Below, in pieces: positions 1 through 13,200 of a stretch of 64,000 bases of DNA (position 1 is the first letter of the stretch; the number at the start of each line of letters is the position of its first letter). The notes under the pieces are model-generated. The model was not told the origin of the DNA. It saw only the letters and a list, made by a program, of their open reading frames with translations, and ran no database searches. Source of the stretch: Blasia pusilla (taxonomy: Eukaryota); assembly GCA_050084515.1 (NCBI GenBank), contig CM114271.1, positions 41,168,001-41,232,000 on the forward strand. Direction: 5' to 3'. Both the position numbers and the translations under genes were made by a program.

Positions 1-3000
1 GGAGATCAGGACCATGGTTGCATGGAAACGAACATGTCCGTCCATAAGATGGACATGCCTAACGGATTTCCTGCCCAAGTTTTTTTGGTACCTTGGTGGC
101 CTGCGTAGGCTCAAGACCTGTGAACGGATGCAGGCTTAGCTAGATTAAGAGAGGCAAGCAAGAATGGGCTCACACGTAGCCCGCACCGGCCCGCCCCAAG
201 CCCGCATTGGGCCACATTAGGCCTGCACATGGCACGATGGACCATTATAGGATGGGCTCAAGGCCCGCAGCCATGCCCATGGCAGGCCTTGAATAATTCA
301 ATGCAAGATATTTGAGGCACGTCAGCTCTAAATGCACAATTTACACTGTAACATTTCTTGTCTTAGAATCTTTCACTTTCATCTGCATCTCAACCAGCAT
401 TTCTATCTCAATCATTCAACCATGATGCAATCCCATAGTGTAGATGTGGAGTTGTGTGCAGAGTTGTGGTGTAAGCACCACACAACCTACATCTATTTTT
501 CCTCAAGTCTAAATCAAACTTTTGACACTTGGAGTGAAGCCCCATCTATGTCCCTCATGTGCCAATTTCCGTCCTCTGAGATTAGCTTGATGCAAGAGAC
601 CATCGAGGTCCCATTGCCCAACTTGAATTTCACCGTCTATTAGACATCGTGCTAGATGCACAAAAAGAGAATTGATGCTCCAATGATCCTCAAAGTAAGT
701 TAATCCAAAAAGAGATGGCTGGCGGAGGCCATCTGGCATTATATTATTATATTATTACAAACACGTGGAATGGCCACATGAGCTAGCACCCACCCAAATG
801 CAATTACAAAGCTAAATTTGCCCAAATAAGGAACTCTTGAATAGGAGAAAGATGGAGTCCCGAGCACTCCAAAACATAATATCCTGTAGTGTCATGACTA
901 TTATCTCACCTTCTATTGGATAACGTGCAAGCTGCACACAAAGGGAGGTGATGTTCAAACCACACTCATTATGTGTTGAAATTATTCCCAAGTGTGATAA
1001 GAAATTCATAGTAGCAATCCCCATCAACAAATGATGTCTCTTTATCATACATGCCAAACAGTTGACCCGTGAAGAATTCATGATGGCAAACCTACAGTTA
1101 AAATTGTGCTCCAAGTTTAGCTGAATTCCAGCAGGTTTATTATAATGCTCGTCAAAATCGCCTTGAGAAGACTCGTTCCGGAATCTGTGAGAGGCTGCGT
1201 TTATAGCTCAACCCATAGATCTTCTGCCTACTGAGTGTTTTCACTAAAATACCTAAGGTACAATTGGAACCTAGAATCCAAGAATCGTGGAGGAACCCTT
1301 AGTCCTGCAAGAAATCCATGCAAAGATTCTTCAGCTCAGATGATTCTGCATATGAATGACCTCTTTGCAGAGAGAATAGTCGAAGCCTCTGGAAGGATCT
1401 CAAGCTCAAATTTTCTATGGGGAGACTTGGTTTTAGCAGAGCCGTTCCTTCTAGCTTTGTAGCTGTGAAATTCCTTTCATATTGTGGAAAATCTCATATG
1501 GCTACAGCTGACTCCACCAATTGCTGCACAAATTCAACAGGGCCATGATTAGAACCTGTCTGTAAAGTGACAAATGAATATCTGAAGAAAGGCAGAAGAA
1601 AACTGACTTTCAAATTTGTAAAAGTCTACTCTGCAATGGAGTGTTAAGACCTGCATGATGATCCCACTTTGTGGGTGTCATTGATTCCATGCACTTCAAA
1701 GCCTTCTGTTGTATAGAATTGTATTTGGATATGATCGTTCATAAGACTATATTGACGTATGATCCTGCAGCAGGCTGTACGCGATGGAGAAGCAAACACA
1801 ACTGTATCAGTTGGAGTAAGGAATTTATATCATTTTTTGTCACAGCAACCTTTGAAACTCAGAAGGTTTCATATAGCTCACCAATTGGAGGTGATAATCT
1901 TTCAACCAAAAGGAGATGCTATGTTACCTCAGAAGGAGCAACTAGTCCTTGGCTCTGCAGTAGTGTTGTCAAACCTTATCTGATTCAAAGTGCTTCCCTG
2001 GGTAGACATTGAAACTGAGCCTTCAGTCTCTAGGCGTTAACTAAGTTACTAAGCAAGCAAATACCAGGCAGGAGTATTTCTAACCACATAAGTGGAACTG
2101 AACTACTCATTGTGAACTTGACTTGGAAGATGAAACTGGAATAGAGAACTAGAAGTATGTTTAAAGGACCAGGAGGTGACAAGTGTCACGTGATATAAAT
2201 GTTGCTATCTGGAAAGTGGAAATCCGAAGAGGAAGGGGGGATGATCCCAGCTAGTTCATAAGTTGATAACCCAGATAACTTTTCAAGGTACCAGCAGAAT
2301 GAGTAGAACACACATATAGTTAAAACACATGGACACTTGATGAAATCACGTATTGAGGAGACCAGGTAGCAAGAGACGCTCACATAACACAGGCTATTTA
2401 GACACCACCTAGAGCATTGCATGACATTAACAATCATACCTTGCAGAACGAGGAGAACCCTGCCTGGTAAATCCAGCCACTGTGAATTGAACCTCAGTGG
2501 AGCATACATTCTCCTGTGCAATTATTTTACTTTCAGGCTCCGATTGGAGATAGTGTTGGTAGGTGTAACTTACTTAGATCACAGCCCGCAACAGATAACT
2601 AATTCTGTGTCAGGTCCTGAACCACACTTGTGGTTGTAAGTCACTTGAAATTCTGGATGCCCTGTGAATTGATGGTCACCAATAGAACCATGAAAGGTGC
2701 TAGTAGCAGCCAAGGGATTCTCTCACAATGTAGCAATATACCCCGTAAAGTTGCTTTAGAGAACCTACTTCTTGTGCCGTTCCAGTGATTTGTGTTCCTT
2801 TCAAGTAGCAAACTTAGCAACCAGCACATTGAATGGCAACAGCCACTCTGAGAGTGTAGAAGATTGAATACTCCAACAAGTGTGCACTTATCATCTTTCC
2901 ACAAATTCAACACTGGGTAGCACAATGAAAATTTAAAAGCTGCAGTTTACTTGTTCCCATTGCATCAGCAGGCAAGGCAACAAGCAAAAACCTATTTAAT

Positions 3001-6000
3001 GAGATAGAAGCTCTCATGTATTGAAGTAGTGATTCGAGGGTTCATAAATATAAATAGTGAAACTTTGAAGGAACGTTTATAAAGAGTATGCTGGAAGAGA
3101 CTCTAGAAACTGATAAAATGTGTGAATAGCCCTCTCCATTATGTGGAAGGCAGGACATGGCCTTTCCTCAATTTAAGCCTATCATATTCAAATATAAACT
3201 CACTTTTCTGAATCACCTGAATTAAGCTGGAAAGAATCTTTAAAAATGATGGATTCTCTCAAAATTGGAATCTAGTTGACAGTGGTGTCAGTAACTGGGC
3301 ATCAGTGATGTCAATCGAGTCATGGCACCTCCACTCCAATTACAAATAACTCCCATCATGATCTGTAGAACCCGTCCACCAATCTGATCTGCTACATACT
3401 TGATGGTTTGGAATAATTAGCAATAGATATGTGATCCTACTGCTGTATCAAAAAAATTCTACATGAGGTCCTCTTCCTTTCATACCCATAGAGTACTTTT
3501 CATGTTGCCTAGAGGAGAAATGTGGGCAACTTGCGTCTGGATTTGTCCTGCTAGATGAACACGAATTGCACATCCTGAACTAAATTGGAGAATTAAGTGG
3601 TTTTCTTCCGCATGGAGGGTTTTGTTCATGTTGTACTGTCTCTAGCAATAAGTCATGTAAATATTTCAGATCTTTTAGAAACCTTCCAGAAAGAATAAGG
3701 AACAAGTGTACATTCCCTTCCTCCCATCAATAGGATTGACCATGAGAGCTCTCAAATCTCCCTTAGAGTGCATTGCTCAGATACTGTACAATCCCCGGGC
3801 CAGTAACCAGACAGGAATATGAAACTCTGGTGTCCACTAAATACAAGCGGAGTACTCAACCTAGGCTCGTTGGAGATCAAGAGTCAAAAGATGAGAACAC
3901 AGTTGGAAAGAATGAATCACAGTTCTTTGATGCGCAGAGACTGATAATACAGTAACAACAAACTACTCCACTGAAAACTGGTCAGAGGAAGGAAATCTCC
4001 CTCACGAGTTGGACAAGATTTCTAAACAATGAGTTCCATGCCCTTGCAAGAATCCCATTACAACTGATCTTGCCTTGTGCATCTCAACTCTACCACCAGT
4101 GTTCTACTCATTTGCAACTACCGAGTCCCTCAATAAGATCCTTGCATATTGGCAGATCAGTTGAAGTCTTTGAGCTGCCCTCCTTGACTGCCTGCACCTC
4201 ACCCTCCCCATTTGGATGCATTTTGTCCTGAAAAGGCCCCGGCGTATGTGTGAGGGTTAAGAAACCTACTTCAGAGGCAAAGACAACTTGATCATGTGGA
4301 AGTTGTTTCCCTTCGGAAACGTCAGAGTTGAGAGTATCTTCTCTCCTATCAGTTATATCCACTGGCATTTGAACAGGTAGATTCCATACTCGAAAGGGTA
4401 TGGAATTGATTACACTGATCTACACTCACCAGTGATTAGAAGGGCATCCATCAGAGCATTATTGGCTCTGGCTGCTAATTGTAACCTGAATGTGTAGACA
4501 GAATCCCTAATTGTGAATTTAATCAGGAAGTATCTCTAAATGTGTCTGAAGGGATGAACATTCCTACCCACTCAAACAAAGTTTGCACCTTGAAGTTGTA
4601 CAGGCTCAAGCAACTTTCAAGAATCTGGCTCCAGAGAATTGATTTCTAAATGAAAAATCTGGATTGAAGGTAACTGCGTACGATCAGAGCTTATACTTCA
4701 TTAGAACAGAGAGCTGTCATACTTGCTCACTGTATTGATAGCCTAGGCACCATATGTTAGCAAAGAAAATAAGAGTTTGCGATATCTGTTAAGGAAAACT
4801 TAATACATGCAAAATATACTAGAATCCTGTGACACTCCTTGGGTATGAGATCGCATTCAAAAAGTCAACCTCACAGCATCAATGGAAAATAACTCTGCAC
4901 ATAACTAAGCAGATCTTCTGGTGAGCGCTTTTGGGATACTCCAATCTTGTCTCAGGATTGGACTTTACACATATTGAATGAAAAGCTGGAACGGGATAGA
5001 AATTCAGAGAGTTCTTGTTGCCAGCATTTGATCGTTTTGATTATTGCCAGCATCTTTTAGGAGTCCACTATTACCTCATGCTGGTCTTGACAAGGCTAAG
5101 AAAAACGCTTTTGAGGGAATTTTGCCTAATTTTTGGGGTAGAATCTATATTCTTCTTGTGGATGGCTCATCAATTTCCAACAAAAACTAACTTGATAACC
5201 CTAATAGCTATTTAGACCTTACTTAATGGATTACAGCTAGCAACAATTGACAATTATATTTCTACCACATAACACTTCTGATTGCAATTCACATGTAATC
5301 AGATCTAGATATGCAAGAACTACTCCAGCTGCAATAAGGGCACTACTTGCCCACAGCCTTCTTTGGCAAGCTACATATTAACACTTGGAACAGATACATG
5401 ATAAGTGCAAGTAGTGTTTTTGAACCGACCTTTCATTTTCTGATTATAAACCTGCTCCCTACTCACAGTTATTCAAAAGAAGTGCCTGCGCATTTCCACC
5501 CACTATTGCAAAAAAGGTCAGTAAGCACTTCACAACTATAATCGAGCACCCTCATAAAAAGGCATACAATTATTTAGCTGCCTAATTTTCTTCACTGTGG
5601 ATGTGAGCATGTGTGCTGCATGTCTTGTGCTGATAGGGCCACGTATTCATGTTCATGCTAAATGCTTAGCAAATATTCTGGGGTCACGATCCTTCATGAT
5701 CCAGAGAAACCCTACTCCCTTACTTCCCATTTCTCTCCAATACCTGCTGCCTGACATCTGTAGGCTTTGCATTAACAGTTGTCCATGCTAGTGTCTCCTT
5801 CCTTTCATGTTTACTTCCTGGAAATTCTCCTTCCACCGTACTCCCAAAGAATTGGGCCTTTCCTGATATTATCTGATCTGTTCCATGCTTCTTTACACCC
5901 TCTATCTTTAGAGGTCTTGCCTTGTCCACTCCAGATCCAGGACTCTTTGGCCACAGGGCTAAGGAAGACTCTTTTTGATAGATAACTCTCTTCCCTGTAA

Positions 6001-7231
6001 ATGTTAAAGCAAAAGAGTCTGACGACATCTATTTGTCATTCAATGATATTCTTTCTTTGATTCATCTCAGAAACTAACCTCAATTTCGTGTGAAAAGTAT
6101 TAACGAATCATAACAACAGGGAACATATCAGTCTATTACTATAGATAATCAATCGGCACTCAAAGGTCCCTTTGTCCAGCAAGCATACGTAAAACTTTTC
6201 TGTCATATTTGGGCTTCATTTGTTTCCTTTCCACAAGCACTTAGGAAACAAACGTGATTGACTAATATGGCAAAAACGACCAAAAGCAAAGAAATCACCA
6301 GGACTGTGATGTCCATGATTCTGACGAGAAATGGTTGCAAGATCATCAGCCCAGAAATAGAGATCTAAGGAAAATGAATAGAATGTTCAAGGGGACCAGG
6401 AGATTTTGTGGGATAATGACTACCTTGAAATGGTTCATATTTGGGTGTAATCAGAAGCTGTTCTGAAGCGTTGTTTTAAGAGCGTACAATGCCCCGACAG
6501 CAATCTGATGACTTCCTTAAGGACTCACTGGAGTCTCTCCACCTCTGACTTCAGAATCTGTGAGATCTTTGTCTCACGGAGTCACTATAAAGGAGATTGG
6601 AGAGCAAAGATGCCTTCACCATCTGACCTTTGTCTCTGATCCGGGGTACCAAGGAGTGGTATGAAACTTCTTGACTGTTGGTGAATGATGCTCAAGAGCA
6701 GCCTGAAATCGCCAGCAAACTTGTCATGCACCCGTGCCATTGTGACGAGGAAACCAGTTAGTGAGGGTGCTGAGAAACTAGGAGGCCGGTGAATGCAATG
6801 ACCTTAACTATATTGGTTAAGACTGTGCACTCTGGATCTTGAACTATCTCTGTCATGACTTTCCAGGAGACAAAGAAGTTTCCCTCAGGAAGGAAGTCTA
6901 AAAGATAAAGTAGTGGTTTATGCATCTGTTAAGGAAATTGAGATAAGTCATCGCATGAAGCTTGGAACTGCTGTACCTAAGACGCACCACTGCAGCAAAC
7001 ATGGTACCTAAAACCCTTGATAAACAAGGACAGGAAGGGACAGGAAGGGAATAGTCACTCATAGTTACTTTCAGCAAAAAATTCACTCACACTACAGCTG
7101 ATGGAAGGACATACAACTGCTCATGTTCTATGTGTGGTGAAAGCTGGGATGACCTTCATGGTATCAACAGGGGCCGGTGTTCCAGAGTCAGTCAGTTAAA
7201 TAAGCTTCTAAAAAATTGTCAAAAAGACTAC

Positions 7232-10200
7232 CTCAGAAAACTCTTCACTTAGATGAAGACATTCCCCTCCCGCTTGAGGTCTGGACTGAGAATTCACCAC
7301 CCAGCGCTGAGGACTCACATCAACTCCTTCACAAGATATGGCTGTTCCATCCTTGGCTGCATTCCACATCATTCTCTTAGGAGGAAGCTTGTTTGTAATG
7401 TTGACATCCATGTGACTTCCACTTGACTTGCCTAGAATTGCTGGTACAGATCCATTCCTCCCGAAATACCATCCAACCATCTCAGTATCCTCGTGTTGAA
7501 TGGTTTGCCCACTTACACCTTCCAATCCAAGAGCAGAGCAAATTTTTTCTCGTACCACCAACAACTCCCAAAGTTCTTTACATGCTTCATCTTCTACTTC
7601 CAGGACTGCTTTTGGAAATAGACTTGATGGCTGCAGTGAATTTATAGAGTCATTACTCACGGTAGGTCCTGCCACACCTACACTGGAGCTTGAAGCGCCA
7701 AAAAAATTTGAAACACTGCCTCCCCCTACACTTGGCTTTGTAATTGTAATCGGAGATGGTTTTCCCCACAGCCACTGCGTTAAAGGGTCTGCTCTTGACT
7801 CACTTGACAAATGTCCCACGTGAGCAGCAAGCTGCTTCCGAAGACCAGCCACAATGGATGTGAGAGAGCTCAATAATGCTGCATCAAATTCGTCTGTTTC
7901 TGTTGTGGATGCAACCTCAGTGTTTGAAGTCAGATGAGGAACACTATAAGCACCCTCAAATGATCCATTACTGGTGCTGGCAACAGTTATAGATTGATAT
8001 GAAACTTGCTGATCTCGGACTTTATTTTTGAAGTCGAACCATGTTGATGACAGGGCAGATGACTGGAGACTGAAGCCCAAAAATGTCGGTCCCTTAATAT
8101 TTGGGGCCCAGGATGTGATGGGTTCAAGAGAGGAAACCTGGAGGGAGGACTTCATACGAGATTGGGAATGAGTGGAGGAAACCCGACCAAAACTGCTATA
8201 AGAAACTTCAGTTGCTGTTCCTGTCAGCTGTTTCTTGATGTAAATCAGGAGATGGGTCCATAGCATCATTCCCAAGACACGCCATGCATCATTAGTTGAT
8301 ATTGTCACAATTCCTGCCAAGTTGAACTCGAAAGCATCTAAGGGCCTTTTCCCAGAAGCATGTGTACATAAAGATGAGCTTTTGGAGCGTCCTAGTTTTC
8401 GAAACCACGTCACTGCATCGAACTCCCTAGAGGGAACCTCAGGAGGAGTAGACGGATCACGCACAGTTGGCCCAATGAGAGCAAGAAGAGCTTGCGTCTG
8501 CCGCCCCAGCCAGGCAGCTGCTACGAAGAACGTGAAGGACAAGAGAGTCATGAACTGTGAACCCCTTTCCTTTCCATGAAGGGTGTTCTCCTGATTGGCT
8601 GCTGTTGTGAAAAGCAATATTTCCCCGCCAAACCTTACTAGTTCTTCTAGTTGGAACTCTGATAAAACCCCATCCTGTGCATAATCATCACTGTCCATAG
8701 ACAAACTGTTGCTGAATCTTTGAAGAACTTCTAATTTGCTTAGCATGGGAGAAGCAGCACCGCCACAAGCCAACACTGCCCTTGCCAGAACCCATGGTGC
8801 CTCGGTTCCAGCAGTCTCAAGATATTGAGCTGCCAAAGCTGACACTGCAGACTTAGTTGCAAGATGAAAACTCCCATCTTGAATATCGGCAAGGTTGCCT
8901 ATTCCTTGCATGAGACGATGAAGCAGGTATGGACGGTGATGGATACGAGCAAAAGTACTTAGCTGCACATATCCACAAGGCAAAGAGTTCTCAGGGAGAA
9001 GTTTATATACCAGAAAATATTACCAACGGGACTAAGACTTTAGGACCTGGATGGGGCACTTGTGTACTATTTTAGTAATTAGAAAACATGCTCCGGTAGA
9101 TTGAATGGCCCATTACGATACTAAAATGTTTCACATACTGTTGGGTCCTATCTGCCTACCACATCAAGAAAAGATACATACCGCGGCAACAATCCAATCA
9201 ACATCAACCAGGTACTTCCGCTGTAACACCTGTATATCAGCATCAAAATTCTTATCTGCTTCTTCCAAGAAGGATGACAAATCCCCGTTCTCTTGCACCT
9301 TGTCAGCAGCAGCACCCTCATCATCTTTGCATCCGATTGAGCATCCAGCCTGGTTTACATTTTGCTTAGATTTTGACAGTATCTTCAACATGATTGGATG
9401 CTGCCAAGCAGCACATGCCTGCCCCCCCCAAAACGGATGGTCTTCAAGAAGTTGTGATGCACATTGAAGCGCCAAGCTTGTTCTTGTTGCCCTTCGCATT
9501 CCAGCTACAACATCAGCAGAGACCCACCCGAGACCCACCTCTCTTCCCGCTACATCTGTGAGAGATAACTCAAAGGCTGGTGAAGGCAAAACACACGGAG
9601 TTGAACAGTTATCATCCCAGTTGAATGCATCTGAGTTGGGCCCACTTTGAGTTGTATTTGTAGGTTGAATGGTTTTGAGATACTCAAGTGCCTGCAGCTG
9701 AACAAAAAAATTCATCATAATTAGATTCTACAAACACAAATAAGATTCCATGATGACCAACCACCCAAAAGCAAGATACATGAGCAATATTCTTGGAGTC
9801 AGAAGACCTGTCAAGGGACATTCCAAACTCGGCTCAAAGCTAGATAGATAAAACGCATTCTTGGAGTCAGAAGACCTGCAAAGGGACACTCCAAACTCAG
9901 TTGGGTCACGTACCTTACGTTCATGACCTGGTTACTGGTCGCCAATACTTGTAGGTTTAGCAATTACGCAAATCCTTGACTGTCACTGATGCAAGTATAC
10001 TCCTGAAACTACAATGGCCAAGACAAAATACTAGCCATCTTCAGAAAAGAGCAGGTTGATGTCTGAAATACTCACTGAGAGGCCAGTTCTCTTCAGAGCA
10101 GCAGCAGATCTTGTTGTAGCAATCTTAGCGAGGGCTGCAGCTTCGACCGCATTGATGCCTGCTCGTATTCGAGGTTTAGAAGCCAGCAAAAAGCAGAAAG

Positions 10201-13200
10201 TCCCCACATCCGGGTCTAAGGGAAACACTAAGCATTCGTCCCTTGCATCAGGGATCACCTTAACATCTGTCATAATTGGTGACGCTGAATTCTGTCCTCC
10301 AATTCTTAGCTCTTTGAGACTTTCAATGCCCTTGCCAAGCAACCACTGCAACCACACAAAACAGTCACTCACCAAATAATACCCAGAAAGTAAATCACTC
10401 CAGAACATGCTTTTAATGTTATGAATTTCAAGAAAGGTGACACAAGCACTACCTGAAGCAAACTTGCAAGCCAACCATCTCCAGCTTGCCTTGCTGTTGG
10501 GAGGGCATACTTAAGGATAATATCTTGTCCAATGGGTCCACTAGATCCCTCCAATAGATGGCAAATGGTGAGGGCGAGTTGAGCATCGCCCAGATTTTTT
10601 GCACAGACCACAGCTGCAGACTTGATGTCCTGTCCTAAAATGAAGAACGCCGCAGCTAACTCATGTCGGTGCTTTCCCATCAAAACATAAGCATTTTTTA
10701 AAGCAGCAACTTTGTTCTTCTCATCCTGCAGATGTGTCATCCGAGTGGTAATAACTTAAAGCACTCTGCCAACACGATATTACTTGAAGAAGAAAGATTC
10801 CATCAAGCACCCACTAGAAGCTTGTGATAACTATTCAACCCCAAAGTTTTGAAGAGCCAGGCTGTTGAATAATATCAACCAAAAGAAGCAAGAAAATCAT
10901 GTATACTAACCATAAAGTCACGAGAAACGAAGTCAGTCAAGGGTTTGTCTTTTTGATTTCTACTAAGCTTGAATAGCCCAGCGAGTACAGTGCGACGATC
11001 TAAAGCCAAATAGAGAAGTGCACAATCCTTTGGATCTTTTTTTTCTAGATATTGTGCCCTTGCTACTTTCTCCATCTGCAAAAATGTTCAAAGAAATGTG
11101 TCAGCTACTGGCCATATCACGGATTGAATCTGTCACTTCTGTAAAGTTATGCCCTTATTCAATTACTGAATGCAAGGCATGTGGACCAATTACCCAAAAA
11201 GACCCACACTACCAGCTATTGTCCACGATCAACTTTTCCATGAGCCTGATTTACACTAGGGAAGTAAAATATTAACATGTCCATTGGCTACTCCCTTAGT
11301 ATGAAAAAGACAGATGATAAGTTGTGAATCACAGTGGCAAAGAAACCAAGGTAAAAACATTCACAGCCGACCAGATCCAAATCAACCAGAATGTATAGAA
11401 TCTACATTCAGAAGCTGACAAAATCCAGACTAATCAAATGATAGAAGTTTGTTGAGGAGGATAAATTCCATACCATCTTCCGTAATTGTGAGTTGTTTGT
11501 AAACCAATACCCCACTCCTAAGCTTCGGATGAAAGACCATGTGGTAGGCTGACCAGAAAGGCAGATATCCAACAAGGCCTCCTTGGATTCTGATTGGAGG
11601 GCCCACGCCATAGCTCTGGATTCGATTGCTACCTTCTCTCCAGCTATATGACTTTGTTTTCTCCACTGGTCATGGAGAAGAGCATACCGACAAGCCAGCC
11701 AAAACCTTTGGTACAAAACAGAATCCAAGAAACATTGAAATGTAACACTTAGATTATAGTTTCGCGATGCTAACTAGCTTATACTACAAGTAAGCATCGA
11801 CTCTAGCAGGAGTCCACATCTGACCAGACACTATCACACAAAATTAAGCCATGCCACATCTAGTACCAAGTGAAGTTGAACTGCCCACTTGAAAGTGCCT
11901 TAACATACTTCAATTTAAAGATTTACTCAAAGCTCTATGAGGATTCATGATATTGGTGATTGAGTCACAGCAAATCTTCCTGAAGTCAGACCAATCAAGA
12001 ACTCTTGAACACACTCACCGCTGACCAGGATAATCCAGACTTTCAAAAGGTGAGGGCTGATTGACACCATCCATCTCTGCCAACATATCAGTGATGGCCA
12101 GCAGTTGCAGTTTCTCATCATCAGTTGACAGGCCAGGAATCTCTGAGCTGTCTTTCAACACTTTCGAAATCATTTCAATTTCCTTCTTTGTCAATGGTTC
12201 AAGTCCTCCACATTTTACTGCCAAAAGTCTTTCCTTCACTGATTCATGCTCCTGGGTCCAAGACTCACTGTTTCGTGGCATTGTAAAGTGATCAAGAGAT
12301 TCCTTGGAATAACTAGATAAAAAGTTGTCTGCAAAATTGCCATCTCGAATTTGTAATCCAAAAGTAGCCATACCATTCTTTCCTCTATTCCACTCAAAGA
12401 TTGGTGATTTCTCTTGAAAAATTTGGCTAAGAGGTGTTCGTGGAATCCTTGCCTTCAGAGGTTCATATCCAGGGGTGATACTTATGGCTGCTAAAGGAAT
12501 TAAAAATTTTCCCAACTGCCGAATGCAAGCTCGAGCATAATACTTGTTACCTGAATGTCCCAAATCAAAACAAAGAAAGAAACCACAACAAGGCTATGTA
12601 AGCACCATTGAAAGCACCAACAATAGCTCAAGTTACATGCCATTCATCCCATATTTGGGCTGATCAACTTGAAAGCTGATAGTCACATCTTCACAACAGA
12701 AAGGCCAAGAAGTGCTCCCCTTGAATAAGTTCATTGTTGGTACCTTCACATACATTTCTAGATCAAGTAACACCCTCACTACTGTAACATACAAGCAAGA
12801 AGTGAGATCAACGACCACTTCGCCCACAAATCAGGACAAGAATGTTTACACACACCTCTTGATAGCCAAGACATGATAACTGCAGGGTGATAATCTAATG
12901 AGGGATGTCCAATTTTCTCTGCCGCTTCCAGTATACTGCAGAATCCATTACCCTGATCATGCTCAAATGGATATACCTTTGGTGCACTTTTTGCAGACTT
13001 TCTGTTCCCATCTTGAAGGGCAAAAGAAGATGGACGAACAAAGTTCAAAAAGTAACCATCGTCAACTAACCAGGAGGAGATTGGGTAGCTTATATCTTCA
13101 GATGAGGAACATAATTTGGCAGAAGCCTGAGTCAGAACACAGTTGCTATAAATCATTATATGGCCTTCACAAGTTACGACCAGAGAACCCTGTGCCTCCC

